From: a virus
Taxonomy: Duplodnaviria > Caudoviricetes
DNA length: 64,000 nt
Reading direction: 5' to 3' (one strand)
IMG/VR virus record: IMGVR_UViG_3300048886_001579
Coordinates: 432-64,431 of that record
The position numbers and the translations under genes are program-made. Below are positions 6,003 to 16,195 of the stretch, in pieces; position 1 is the first letter of the stretch; the number at the start of each line of letters is the position of its first letter. The notes beneath the pieces were generated by a model. That model saw only the letters and a program-made list of their open reading frames with translations, had not been told where the DNA came from and did no database searches.

Positions 6003-7933
6003 TATAAATCCACTACTTCGCATCCACCATCAGCGGCACAGGCCAATTCCTGTGATCCAGAGGTGAAATCTTTTTCTTCATATGAAGACAATAAAGTCCA
6101 ATCAACATTTTTGGGCATTGCTTTTAACGATTTTATATATTCTTCCCGTGTGCAATCTTGATAAGGAGCCTGTCTGTATGTGTGTTCAGAAAAAGGCAGA
6201 AAAGATATACCGCTAATATTATCAAAATTGTTCCATACCCAATTTCCCATTTCAACCCATTCTGGTTCTTTAACGGAAATAGTAACAGATGGTTTGTGTT
6301 CACACCAATGTTCTTGATATGTAGACCAAAGATTTAATTGTTCTATTGCAGTTATATCAGTTCTACATATTGCATTTTTTGGACTCTTCACAGGAAATGA
6401 AAATACCGTTGTGTGTTTGGGTTTCATTACATCTGGTTCATTTGGAAAGTTTGCATCTTTCATAAACTTACAAAGGGGGTCTTTATTATCCGCACGAACC
6501 GTTCTAATATAATATGGATTATGACGAGCATGTATACCACTAGCACTATCAACCAACTGGCTAACTGTGCCAGAAGGTTTAACACAGGTGATAGCCGCCG
6601 ATTGGGATATTCCGAGTTTTTCTGAGAATTCTTTGTTTGTTTTGATTGCAACATTTTTTAACTCATTTAAAAGTTGTTCTAAATTTCCTTTTTTTCCGTT
6701 TGTTAAAGAATTGTCCATTATTCCTGTAAGGGAGACGCCCAAAAGCCGCTCTTCATCACAATTCTTTTTCCACTCTCTTGAGAGATATTTGAAACTGGTG
6801 AGGGTCGATTGAAATGTTCCAAGGATAGTTGCAGTTCGAACTTTTTCTTCCAAAGATTTGGAATCGTCCCATCCTCTGACCACGACTTCTGAAAGGTTGC
6901 AGAATTCTCTGCTTCTAAGTATAATCTCGCTACACGGATTGGTACCAAAATCGTCTTTTGGTTCTCTTCGGATTTCTTCTTCACTATTTAACCTTTCTAC
7001 TTGTTGTTTAGCCGCTAAACTATTATAAATTCCTCGTTCTCCAGATTTTGAATCATAAAGAGACAACCATTCTCTCATAAAAGTACCAACATCTGGTTTT
7101 TCTTTATAATTTACAGAATTATTAGCAAGGGATCTTTGCGGTTGTGTTTCCCACCACTTTCCCGACTTTGCATGTCTCATTGTTTCATCATTAAGATTAG
7201 ATAAACTAATAAGTGCTGATCTACGAACACCCCCTACAACAACTATTTCTGCAATTTTACATACGATATCATGAGCTTCAACAGATTTCAATTTTCTTCC
7301 AGAAGCATCTTGAAATGTATTTATAGTAAATAGAAAAAGGTCTTCTAATGGCTCTGGTCCCGATGCTCTTCCTCCAAAGGTTTTAAGAGGAGATCCCGCA
7401 GGTCTTACATTAGATAAATCCCATTTTGGAATTTGTCCTTGCCAAACTAATGAAAGTAATTCTTTATATGATTTTGCCCACCCCAGTTTTGAATCTGCTA
7501 CAACAATTGTAGTATCCGTTTCATAAAATTCTTCTGCTACTACTGGAAGCTGATTAACATATTCCTCTTCCACAGAAAATCCCACACCTGTTCCATTCAT
7601 TAAAACATATAAAACTTCATCAAATGAACGTGGGTCATCTATTTTAACATAGGAACAATTATAACCTGCTATATTTTCTTTTTTGAGTGCTTCTCCAGCG
7701 GTCATTAAACATCTCATTGATGGCATTACCTCACAATTTGTAATTGCTTCACGTAAATCTGCCTCTAAACCATTATCAAGAATAAAATTGTGTTTAGCCT
7801 CTAAATGTTCTTTAAAAAAATTCAAATATCTATTAACTGTTTCATCCCAGGTTTCCCGTCTTTTAAGACCATAGTCCCATCTTGCGTATCTTGATAAATG
7901 TATAAATGATTGATATTCAGTAGGTAGAGGCAT
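6002..7933 (-). CDS. nrdJ: Class II (adenosylcobalamin-dependent) ribonucleotide reductase
   Basis: YNCSY, GGVRRSA, TNPCSEI.L...FCNLSE, TCVKPSGTVSQL, C-terminal LACAADGGCE. Confidence 0.93.
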   Translation of the reverse strand: MPLPTEYQSFIHLSRYARWDYGLKRRETWDETVNRYLNFFKEHLEAKHNFILDNGLEADLREAITNCEVMPSMRCLMTAGEALKKENIAGYNCSYVKIDDPRSFDEVLYVLMNGTGVGFSVEEEYVNQLPVVAEEFYETDTTIVVADSKLGWAKSYKELLSLVWQGQIPKWDLSNVRPAGSPLKTFGGRASGPEPLEDLFLFTINTFQDASGRKLKSVEAHDIVCKIAEIVVVGGVRRSALISLSNLNDETMRHAKSGKWWETQPQRSLANNSVNYKEKPDVGTFMREWLSLYDSKSGERGIYNSLAAKQQVERLNSEEEIRREPKDDFGTNPCSEIILRSREFCNLSEVVVRGWDDSKSLEEKVRTATILGTFQSTLTSFKYLSREWKKNCDEERLLGVSLTGIMDNSLTNGKKGNLEQLLNELKNVAIKTNKEFSEKLGISQSAAITCVKPSGTVSQLVDSASGIHARHNPYYIRTVRADNKDPLCKFMKDANFPNEPDVMKPKHTTVFSFPVKSPKNAICRTDITAIEQLNLWSTYQEHWCEHKPSVTISVKEPEWVEMGNWVWNNFDNISGISFLPFSEHTYRQAPYQDCTREEYIKSLKAMPKNVDWTLLSSYEEKDFTSGSQELACAADGGCEVVDL

Positions 7934-8769
7934 TATTCAACTCCTTTCAGCTTTTCTAAAAATTCTTTTGATTCTCGTTCAGACAATCCATACTTTGACA
8001 TAACCCAACTACCATTTAAATTGTCTTTTATAATTTTCATTTCTTTCTGTGAAAAAGTTACAGAATTAAACATATAATCTTCGAATGCTTCACAACATAT
8101 AGGAAACTCTGGTTTTACCAATTCATACATTGCTTCTGCAAACTCTCTTGTTTCTTGTTGTGTATGAGAGTCCATTCTCAAATTACAGAACTTAAAAAAG
8201 TTATTCAAATCTATTTTCCAAATACATTCTGTATAATTTGAAACTGGTAGAATTACTCTTGCTAATTCTCTTGCAATTCCTTTAAATCCTTCATAAAACC
8301 CATCTAATTCATTAGGTTCTGAGATTTGCCTATAACATCCTTTTGCGTGTTCATTAACATCATACATTCGTCCAAGGACAAGCTGTTTGTTGTCTTCATT
8401 TATTTCTTTTCCTCGACCTTGATTATTTTGTTCTGATTGTTCGTGTACATCTTTTTCCGCAGGCAAATAAAAATCATCACTCATAATAGAATAACGACCT
8501 GAATATTCATTTATATTAGCAGTTCTGTGTCTAACAATTTGTCTCATCACAAATATTGGTAGCTTTAAATGAAACTTCACTTCACACATCTCAAATGGTG
8601 ATGTGTGATTATGTCTCATTAAATATCGAATTAGGTTTCTTGTCTGTGAAACTTTTCGTGTTCCAGTTCCGTAACTAATTCTTGCGGCATTTTCAACTTC
8701 TTCATCATTACCCATCACTTCTAATAATTTAACAAAACCGTGCTTATGCACTTGTTTTTCACTTATCAT
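7933..8769 (-). CDS. thyX: Flavin-dependent thymidylate synthase
   Basis: AARISY, HTSPFE, RHRTANINEYSGRY, LRMDSHTQQETRE. Confidence 0.95.
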   Translation of the reverse strand: MISEKQVHKHGFVKLLEVMGNDEEVENAARISYGTGTRKVSQTRNLIRYLMRHNHTSPFEMCEVKFHLKLPIFVMRQIVRHRTANINEYSGRYSIMSDDFYLPAEKDVHEQSEQNNQGRGKEINEDNKQLVLGRMYDVNEHAKGCYRQISEPNELDGFYEGFKGIARELARVILPVSNYTECIWKIDLNNFFKFCNLRMDSHTQQETREFAEAMYELVKPEFPICCEAFEDYMFNSVTFSQKEMKIIKDNLNGSWVMSKYGLSERESKEFLEKLKGVE

Positions 8770-9767
8770 AATTTAAATTCCAATAATTTTGTTTTTGCAG
8801 TTAATCCTTGATAGGTATTATGCTCAATAATATTCATAACATCTACATTATTTAAAATCATATCATTAATGTCTTTTTGTGTCACATGTCTGGGCCAAAT
8901 AACTATCTTATGGTTATTTGCAATAATTTTGTCCATTTGTCTAACGATTTCTTTATTTCTTTTTTCATTATCATAAATGAACACTACATCAATATTCTTA
9001 AACATTTTTCTATATGCAGATAAATCAGCACCGGCCATAGCAAGAGAATTTTCTACAAATAAAGAATCTATTGGACCTTCGACTATATATGTCGTTTTAT
9101 TTTCGTCCCACGTATTCATCCCAAAAATTTTAGGAGCATTCTCTTTAACTTTTATCGTAATATATCTTAGTTTGGATTTTCCCCTCAATGATCTTCCCTG
9201 AGCGGCAATCATATTATAATCTTTATCAAAAAAAGGTATAACTAATCTAGGATCATCTTCTATTAATTCATAATTTATGTCAAGATTTAAACTTTCAACC
9301 CATTTTTTAAAATCTTGTGCGAAATAAAGATACTTGTATTTAGTGGCTTCAATATTTCTAGATTTTACATACTGTTTACAAAAATGTTCATCTTCCAAAT
9401 CTTTCACAGAAGGAATATTTAAATCTATTTTTTGAAATTTTGGAGTCTCAAATTTAAATTTTGGCTCTTGATAATTACTAAATTTGTTATCTCCAGCTTT
9501 ATATCTTTCCATAATATATTCAGAATGCAATCTTACATCCAACTCTTTCAGAAAATTTGAAAAAGATTTACCTACTCCACAGTTATGACATTTATAAAAA
9601 AGATCATTATCTTTTCTATGAATATATCCTCTAGCTTTTGTTGATTTTTTTTGAGAATCACCACAGATAGGACATCGAAAATTCCAAAGAAATTCTCTTT
9701 TTTGCTTAAAAATAGGAAGACGATTAGATAGGAGATTCAAATATTTTACATCAATATAAATGGACAT
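8766..9767 (-). CDS. 61: DNA primase (T4 gp61)
   Basis: NFRCPICGDS...CHNCG zinc finger; EGPIDSLF TOPRIM; DNEKRN. Confidence 0.95.
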   Translation of the reverse strand: MSIYIDVKYLNLLSNRLPIFKQKREFLWNFRCPICGDSQKKSTKARGYIHRKDNDLFYKCHNCGVGKSFSNFLKELDVRLHSEYIMERYKAGDNKFSNYQEPKFKFETPKFQKIDLNIPSVKDLEDEHFCKQYVKSRNIEATKYKYLYFAQDFKKWVESLNLDINYELIEDDPRLVIPFFDKDYNMIAAQGRSLRGKSKLRYITIKVKENAPKIFGMNTWDENKTTYIVEGPIDSLFVENSLAMAGADLSAYRKMFKNIDVVFIYDNEKRNKEIVRQMDKIIANNHKIVIWPRHVTQKDINDMILNNVDVMNIIEHNTYQGLTAKTKLLEFKL

Positions 9768-9797
9768 AATACCCGAAGGAATTAAAGTTTTATTAAA

Positions 9798-9826
9798 ATT
9801 ATATCAGATTTAATTAGGAAAGTCAA
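9798..9826 (-). promoter_or_regulatory. Sigma70-type promoter TTGACT-17-TATAAT upstream of primase
   Basis: Direct motif match. Confidence 0.75.
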
Positions 9827-9985
9827 TCACCAAGAAGCTAATAATAATATTTTTTGAATTGATTCATCGGATACATTTAAATTATAAGCATAATCATAAA
9901 TTGGGAACAAGTCTTTAACTTTATTTTTATTTTTTATAGACACTACTAATTTATGAACTTTTTGTTCATTTTCATTCAGTTTCAT
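9827..9985 (-). CDS. Small hypothetical protein (52 aa, MKLNENEQKVHKL...)
   Basis: Hand-translated; fills the gap and overlaps the upstream stop. Confidence 0.5.
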   Translation of the reverse strand: MKLNENEQKVHKLVVSIKNKNKVKDLFPIYDYAYNLNVSDESIQKILLLASW

Positions 9986-10274
9986 TATTTCTTTCGAATT
10001 TAGTAGGTTTTATCAAATCTGGATTTGTAAATTGTTTACTTTGCTGTGTTACGATGAAAGGATGACCAGGAGATAAACTGGCTATTTGTTCTGATAATTT
10101 GGAGATTAGTTCGCTATTGTGATCAACCGCTTTTACTATGTGTTTTATATCAGTTCTTACTATAGCAATACTTTCTTTTAATTCTATAATATTAACAAGA
10201 CTCCATCCTACTAAAGCTATAGTGGCGGCACCTATTGGGCGATAAAATATTTTTTCCACAGTATTGCGATCCAT
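9972..10274 (-). CDS. Hypothetical membrane protein (TM + coiled coil)
   Basis: N-terminal hydrophobic helix; AAGG RBS. Confidence 0.65.
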   Translation of the reverse strand: MDRNTVEKIFYRPIGAATIALVGWSLVNIIELKESIAIVRTDIKHIVKAVDHNSELISKLSEQIASLSPGHPFIVTQQSKQFTNPDLIKPTKFERNNETE

Positions 10275-10292
10275 TTTACCTTTTAGAAGTTA

Positions 10293-10925
10293 TCATGTGT
10301 TAACAATTACTCCTGATGTGTCTCTAATAGTCAAAGCAAAATTTGCACCATCAGAATTATAACACTTTGCAGAAAAAGTTGAATCACCATTTGCATGATA
10401 AGTTTGAGCAGTACCTACTCCTGATCCATCATTTGTTTTTACAACCATCTCTCCTTTATCATCGGCAGAAGTTCCTTCATGATCAACAACTATTTCTCCT
10501 AATTTGTGCATAGCAGTTGTTGTTATGATTGTAGTTATATCCCAATATTCGGTGTTCGTATGTCCAGTTGTTGCACCAAATGTGAGAGTTATACCATTAT
10601 TTAATTCGACAGCACCCGCTATAATAGCAACACCAGTCGCTTCCCAAGTAGATCCTCCATCATCTGACCAAGTATACGTATCAGTACCACCGGCCGTATC
10701 AATTTTCACTCGATAAGTTGCAACAGTAGATCCATTATAAGCTCCGCCATATGTAAGATCATCTAATCCACTTCCAGTAAATGTAGTTGAACCAAAGCCT
10801 TTGAAGAAATCATTAGCAGAATCTTCACCATCAGACCATCCTTGAAACGCAATATTTGTTAATCTAGCGGCAGTTCCATCACCTTCTGTATGATTTTGTA
10901 TTGTAAGTGTGTCTCTTGCAATCAT
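10293..10925 (-). CDS. Probable virion structural / tail-associated protein
   Basis: G/T/D-rich beta-type composition; structural gene neighbourhood. Confidence 0.55.
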   Translation of the reverse strand: MIARDTLTIQNHTEGDGTAARLTNIAFQGWSDGEDSANDFFKGFGSTTFTGSGLDDLTYGGAYNGSTVATYRVKIDTAGGTDTYTWSDDGGSTWEATGVAIIAGAVELNNGITLTFGATTGHTNTEYWDITTIITTTAMHKLGEIVVDHEGTSADDKGEMVVKTNDGSGVGTAQTYHANGDSTFSAKCYNSDGANFALTIRDTSGVIVNT

Positions 10926-10927
10926 AT

Positions 10928-11257
10928 TTACTTTACTCCTATATTAAATATTGATTTAAAAGTTTCATCAATATTCTGTTTTTTCTTTTTATCTTCTTTA
11001 AATTGCTTTAAAAGATAATTCAAATTTCCTTGTTTTTCTTCTGTACGCAATTGCTTTTTGCTTTTGGGCTCTTCTCTTAATTTAAACATTCTAACAATAG
11101 AAGAAATAGTCTCATTATCACTTTTATTTATATTTCTCTTAATCAGTTCTTCTCTTACACTCTTTGCAATACCATAATTAATATTGTGTTTTTCTACAAG
11201 ATCATCAATATCTTCTTGATGAGTTGCTTGTTCTCTAAATGTTGTGAAATCTAGCAT
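10928..11257 (-). CDS. Hypothetical protein with capsid-targeting-like N-terminus (MLDFTTFREQ)
   Basis: ORF; N-terminal motif. Confidence 0.6.
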   Translation of the reverse strand: MLDFTTFREQATHQEDIDDLVEKHNINYGIAKSVREELIKRNINKSDNETISSIVRMFKLREEPKSKKQLRTEEKQGNLNYLLKQFKEDKKKKQNIDETFKSIFNIGVK

Positions 11258-12008
11258 TTTTACGTCCGTATTTAAGATAAATCATTGAACCAGTTAACTC
11301 ATCTTGTAAAACAATAGGTTTACTTGGATTAGCTCTTCCATATTGTCTGATGGCTTCTCCTGTTTCATCATTACCTACATACTGTTCATATTTAGCATAA
11401 CGGCGTTTCCCATATCTTGCTCTCATAAAAGTTTCTGGTTTAACAACAAAAACTTCTGATCCAGCGAATTTACTTCCTTTTTTTACTTTCTTCTTTCTAA
11501 TTCCCGGTTCTGCTTGTCCTGGAATAGAAGGGTTTTCTACACCAATTCCTGCAATAGCACCACCACCAGCGGCTAGTCCATCTTCGTTCAATTCTTCGTA
11601 CATTTCAAGTTCAACTTCTTCTATTAACTGGATTACTTCTTTTTTATTATATTTACACTCTTGTAAAAATAATGCATATTCTTTTTCTAAAAATGTTTGA
11701 TCATAATACAATTTTGCGTTTTTATTTTCTTCTTTTATTAAAAATAATGCCGCCGCAAAAGTACCAAATTTAGAGGACCCCCCAGGAACTTTTGCTAAAA
11801 CTTTTTTTAAATTAAAAACCAATGTATCTGATAATGTATATGCTTCTTTTTCTTCTTTAGTTTTTAACTTACTTCTTTTTTTAAGAACTTTTCCGTTTTC
11901 ATCTATTATTCCCAACTCAAAGGCTTTTGTACTTTTAAAAGGAGTTGCAAGTCTTTTAATAAATGAATAAACAAAATATATGTTACCTGCGGCTGATGCT
12001 AGTCCCAT
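11235..12008 (-). CDS. Conserved T4-like hypothetical protein
   Basis: AFELGIIDENGKVLK...; C-terminal PIVLQDELTGSMIYL. Confidence 0.75.
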   Translation of the reverse strand: MGLASAAGNIYFVYSFIKRLATPFKSTKAFELGIIDENGKVLKKRSKLKTKEEKEAYTLSDTLVFNLKKVLAKVPGGSSKFGTFAAALFLIKEENKNAKLYYDQTFLEKEYALFLQECKYNKKEVIQLIEEVELEMYEELNEDGLAAGGGAIAGIGVENPSIPGQAEPGIRKKKVKKGSKFAGSEVFVVKPETFMRARYGKRRYAKYEQYVGNDETGEAIRQYGRANPSKPIVLQDELTGSMIYLKYGRKNARFHNI

Positions 12009-12402
12009 CTGGTATTATCTCTCTTAATCTATTTGCAATTTCTAAATTTACTCTTATATTACTACTAATAACTTTTTCACCGTTTATGCTAGATATTTGA
12101 TCAGGCATGTAATCTAAAAATATCAAAAAAGTTTTTAAATAGGTCCAATATTTTTGTGATATTTTCAAAAATAATATTCTTGATAAAACTTCAATAGGAA
12201 AAACGTTTCCTAATGTTATTAAATGGTTTAAAATCAATCTTTCTTTTAATTCACCACCCAAATGATATCTATTTAATAATCTTTTTAAATATTTTATAAT
12301 TTTTAAATCATCATGAAAATCTTGTTCACTTAAACATTGAGGATTTTCATAATATTTCATTGCATATAAGATAAAATTATCTTTATTCAAGTCTTCAAAC
12401 AC
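11983..12402 (-). CDS. Conserved T4-like hypothetical protein (YAMKYYENPQC...ERLILNHLI)
   Basis: GTG start; pattern recognised from T4-like phages. Confidence 0.75.
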   Translation of the reverse strand: MFEDLNKDNFILYAMKYYENPQCLSEQDFHDDLKIIKYLKRLLNRYHLGGELKERLILNHLITLGNVFPIEVLSRILFLKISQKYWTYLKTFLIFLDYMPDQISSINGEKVISSNIRVNLEIANRLREIIPDGTSISRR

Positions 12403-12412
12403 TATCTCTCTT

Positions 12413-12694
12413 TCAATTTGCTAACTCTTCATTTTCATTTTCACCTTCAGGAGTTAAAAAATAAGTACACGTTTGAATAGCTCCTTCAATCATAGTAAGA
12501 TGATTTCTCAACGCAGTTAATTCTGTTTCAAACTGATTTATTTTTTGTATTGTCGTTCCTCTATCATTATTTAATTTTTCAAATTCATTCTCTATCTTTT
12601 CACGCATAATATTATCATCCTTTTTTTTATTATCTCTGTGCAATGATGTATATTCTTTTTCTAAAACCGTTTCATTTTTTTTAATTTTTTTCAT
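12413..12694 (-). CDS. Coiled-coil hypothetical protein
   Basis: ORF; heptad pattern. Confidence 0.6.
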   Translation of the reverse strand: MKKIKKNETVLEKEYTSLHRDNKKKDDNIMREKIENEFEKLNNDRGTTIQKINQFETELTALRNHLTMIEGAIQTCTYFLTPEGENENEELAN

Positions 12695-12701
12695 AATATT
12701 A

Positions 12702-15017
12702 TCAAATCTCTTCTATAAATTTTTCTCCTGTAATTTCTTCTAATTTTTTAATCATGCGTTCCATATTAATTCGCATAACTTTACCTGTTTTAACATTTCT
12801 AGAATAAAATTCCCATTCTCCGTCTTCATTGTGAGGACCAAGTTTTGTTTCATTTCCCCCCTCATCCATTGTATATATGTGTGATTCTGAGGCATCATCT
12901 TTTGCATACAAATATGCTTGATCTGCTCCTTGAACAGTTGGTGCAGTACCATTTTTTACTGCAAGAACACCTGCGGCATCTCCTACTGAAGCAGAAGTAA
13001 TAGATGCACCAAAAAGAGCTAAAGATTTATTGGTTCTTAAATCATCATTAAAAATAAATCCAGCAGTTGAATTATGAGTTAATGTGTGTTGTTCTTGTAA
13101 ATCAACTCTTCCACCCTCAGTTCCACTTCCTGCCGCAGTTCCATCTTCTTGTAAAAGAAAACCAGTTGTGCTTGCAGTATCCATAATTTTAAACTGACTA
13201 CCAAATACAAGAGAACAATCATTTGATACAAAAACATCACCATCAGTTCGAATTTTTTCACTACTCTCAATTTGTGTATTTGAGATAAATTGATCCGTAA
13301 GTGCTTTTAAACTAAGTTTATTACCAGCAGTACCAGAATATAATGTAAAGTTTTTTCCTGAACCATCAACACCAAGCGTTGTAATTCCTGACATAACAAC
13401 ATTAGATTTAACATTCATTAATGTTCCATCTATTGTTGCTCCTGCTCCTGTTATACTTAAATTAGCACTACTAAGATTTGTATTTGCACCAGATATTGTA
13501 AGATTTGAAGTAATTGCAGTAGTAGTACCTGCTATAGTAGAATTTGATGCAACATTAAAAACTGCTGAATCTATTTCCACATTTGCAGTAGCAGTAAGTG
13601 TAATAAGATCATCAGAAGCAAGTTCTAACTCTCCATCTGCAGGAGAATTGACCTCTAAAGTCGCATCTCTAAATGTTAATGATTTATCTGTTCCAATTGA
13701 AACATTGTCCGAAAATACACCAAATGCGGCACCCACATTTCCTGTAGCCGTTACTGTACCAGCAACAACAACATTTCCTGTTGCTGTAATATCATCAATA
13801 TAAGCATTTGAAAATCGATGTGTAGTATTTCCTAAATCATAAGTCGAATCTGTATTTGGAATAAGATCAGAACCAACATCTGCTTCAAAAACAACTGTAT
13901 CTGTATCAGCATCACCAAAAGTAAGTGTTCCGCCTTCAGCAGTAATATTTCCATTTGCATGAATATTTCCATGTACCTGTAAATTTTCACCAATTGTTGC
14001 ACTTTTAAGAATACCCACACCACCTGCTACTGTTAAAGCACCAGTTGTATTACTTGAAGAATCTATTACTGAAGTTAATGCTACATTAGCAGTTGCGGAA
14101 ACATTAGATGTAATATTCATTAATGTTCCATCTATTGTTGCTCCTGCCCCTGTTATACTTAAATTAGCACTTGTAATATGAGTATTTGTTCCAGACAAAC
14201 CAATATTAGCAGAAATCGATACATCTCCACCCGCAAATGTACTATTGCTTGTGAAATAAGCATTGTCTCCTGCTATTGAAACGTTATCACCACTAAATGT
14301 AGTATTTGATGCTATTGCAGTATTTGTACCATTAATGTATACGTTGTCACCACTAAAAGTTGCATTTGCTGTAATAGTTGTGATTGTCCCACCAATCGTA
14401 GAATTTGCTTGGGTAGTGTGCAATCCACTAAATGTAGTATTTGATGCTATTGCAGTATTTGTACCATTAATGTATACGTTGTCACCACTAAAAGTTGCAT
14501 TTGATGTAACTGTAGTATTTTCACCAGCAATTATAGTATTGCTTTTTATGTGAACATTTGCACCCGTAAACACAACATTTGATGATGCATTAGTATTTGC
14601 GGCGAGTAACAAATTAGAATCAGTATCACCAGAAATTATTCCCACATATGCATTTTTCCAACCAAAAGTAGTATTACCCAAGTCATGCGTAGCATTTGTT
14701 CCCGGTTGTATATTAGAATGTATGGCGGTCATTGTAGCAACATTTATAGTTGCATTAGCATTTACTGTCAAATCTGTATCAATTTTAATACTGTCATTAA
14801 CTGCAACACCGCCTTTAAAAATAACAGAAGCATTGGTTGAACTACCCAATGCTTTAGTGTTAGCAAACACTATTTCGGGTTCAACATTTGAAAAAAATTG
14901 TGTTAATGTTACTTTTTTGTTTGATGGGGTTCCTGCAGGATCATCTACGACCAGTAATAAATCTTCTCTAGCCGCAGATGATAACGAAGGCAGTCCCGAA
15001 ATGCGTTTGTCTGCCAT
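12702..15017 (-). CDS. Tail fibre-like virion protein with internal N/T/G-rich repeats
   Basis: 771 aa; repeated SNTTFSGDNV units; TFGDADTDTVVFEADV.SDLIP..D.TYDLG motif. Confidence 0.7.
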   Translation of the reverse strand: MADKRISGLPSLSSAAREDLLLVVDDPAGTPSNKKVTLTQFFSNVEPEIVFANTKALGSSTNASVIFKGGVAVNDSIKIDTDLTVNANATINVATMTAIHSNIQPGTNATHDLGNTTFGWKNAYVGIISGDTDSNLLLAANTNASSNVVFTGANVHIKSNTIIAGENTTVTSNATFSGDNVYINGTNTAIASNTTFSGLHTTQANSTIGGTITTITANATFSGDNVYINGTNTAIASNTTFSGDNVSIAGDNAYFTSNSTFAGGDVSISANIGLSGTNTHITSANLSITGAGATIDGTLMNITSNVSATANVALTSVIDSSSNTTGALTVAGGVGILKSATIGENLQVHGNIHANGNITAEGGTLTFGDADTDTVVFEADVGSDLIPNTDSTYDLGNTTHRFSNAYIDDITATGNVVVAGTVTATGNVGAAFGVFSDNVSIGTDKSLTFRDATLEVNSPADGELELASDDLITLTATANVEIDSAVFNVASNSTIAGTTTAITSNLTISGANTNLSSANLSITGAGATIDGTLMNVKSNVVMSGITTLGVDGSGKNFTLYSGTAGNKLSLKALTDQFISNTQIESSEKIRTDGDVFVSNDCSLVFGSQFKIMDTASTTGFLLQEDGTAAGSGTEGGRVDLQEQHTLTHNSTAGFIFNDDLRTNKSLALFGASITSASVGDAAGVLAVKNGTAPTVQGADQAYLYAKDDASESHIYTMDEGGNETKLGPHNEDGEWEFYSRNVKTGKVMRINMERMIKKLEEITGEKFIEEI
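13413..14171. repeat. 57-bp direct repeat with 1 mismatch (13413..13469 and 14115..14171)
   Basis: Encodes SANLSITGAGATIDGTLMN twice. Confidence 0.85.
14290..14503. repeat. 79-bp exact direct repeat (14290..14368 and 14425..14503), 135-nt period
   Basis: Compared base by base. Confidence 0.9.
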
Positions 15018-15032
15018 TTGTTGTACCTTTTA

Positions 15033-15824
15033 TTAGCTAAGATATCCATTAGCGGTTGCTAACAACCAGTATTCAGTTCCATTTACTTTCATTCGCAATC
15101 TAGCATTAGATGCCATATCTGCAGTAGCAGTTGCAAACATAATAAGATTTGAATCTCTTGCTGTTGTATTAGCGGCGGCCGAAGCGGCGATATATCCATC
15201 AGTATTACCTGAGGCCGCACCTTCTCCAGATCCAAGTTCAACAAAATAGTGAACAGCTTGGGCTCCTGGATGATTAGCGGCGGTGTATCCACCTTGATCT
15301 CTCATACTGATGAAAGCATCTGGCTTTGTGTCTCTTGCGGCAGTTGCTTTCGCAGAATCGTTGATATCAATCATCAAACCATATGCCCTCGCCGCTCCAT
15401 CAGTATATGAAGTATTTACATTTGCGACAGCAAGTTCATTTGTCATATTAAGAGAAATTTTTGCTCCTGCGGCAACTGTTGTTACTACTGAATTAGAACC
15501 AGAAAGATTAGCATCTATTTTAGCTCCGTAGATATTAACAACTGAATTAGCATCGCCTGTTCTGTGATCATGCGTTGTTTGTGCATTTAATGCAGAAACA
15601 TCACCTGCAGTTGTACCAAGAGCAGTTGAAATAGTTGTAGAAACGAATGATCTACCAGTGGCGTCACCCGAATTAGTGGAATGATTTAGGTTTCCAAAAA
15701 GATTGAAAACACTAACCTTTTTATTTACAGGACTCCCTGCAGGATCGTCTACTATATGAACAATATCAGCAGATGCTATTCCAGTAGAAAGATCGGACAG
15801 ATCCGTCATTTTTTTGTCAGCCAT
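15033..15824 (-). CDS. Virion structural protein sharing its N-terminal domain with the 771-aa fibre
   Basis: MADKKMTDL...VDDPAGSPVNKKV vs MADKRISGL...VDDPAGTPSNKKV. Confidence 0.65.
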   Translation of the reverse strand: MADKKMTDLSDLSTGIASADIVHIVDDPAGSPVNKKVSVFNLFGNLNHSTNSGDATGRSFVSTTISTALGTTAGDVSALNAQTTHDHRTGDANSVVNIYGAKIDANLSGSNSVVTTVAAGAKISLNMTNELAVANVNTSYTDGAARAYGLMIDINDSAKATAARDTKPDAFISMRDQGGYTAANHPGAQAVHYFVELGSGEGAASGNTDGYIAASAAANTTARDSNLIMFATATADMASNARLRMKVNGTEYWLLATANGYLS

Positions 15825-15864
15825 TGCTTTAACTCCTTAAAAGAAAGCGTGAAGTTGCTGGGAC

Positions 15865-16167
15865 TCAGCCAAGACTGTGTGAATCTTTTGCTTCTTCAAT
15901 TAATTGTTGTAAAACTACTTTACCACCGTGCAATCCACTTAATTCGTATTTCACGGCTTCTTCTCTATTATTTAGCTCTTGCTTCTGAAATGCAAGATTA
16001 TTTAATTCTTCTTCCTGTTCTTCAAACATTTCTTCAATTTCAATCAGTTTCTTTTGAAGAATAGAAATAAGAGACTCCTCTGTTGAAGGAGCCTCTTTTT
16101 CTTTGTCTTCATCAATGTCAAGATCAGGAACATTATTACCAAATTCTTCATTATATTCTTTTTCCAT
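15865..16167 (-). CDS. Acidic coiled-coil hypothetical protein
   Basis: ORF; AAGG RBS. Confidence 0.65.
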   Translation of the reverse strand: MEKEYNEEFGNNVPDLDIDEDKEKEAPSTEESLISILQKKLIEIEEMFEEQEEELNNLAFQKQELNNREEAVKYELSGLHGGKVVLQQLIEEAKDSHSLG

Positions 16168-16195
16168 TATAACCTTATTTCAATTATCAATTATA

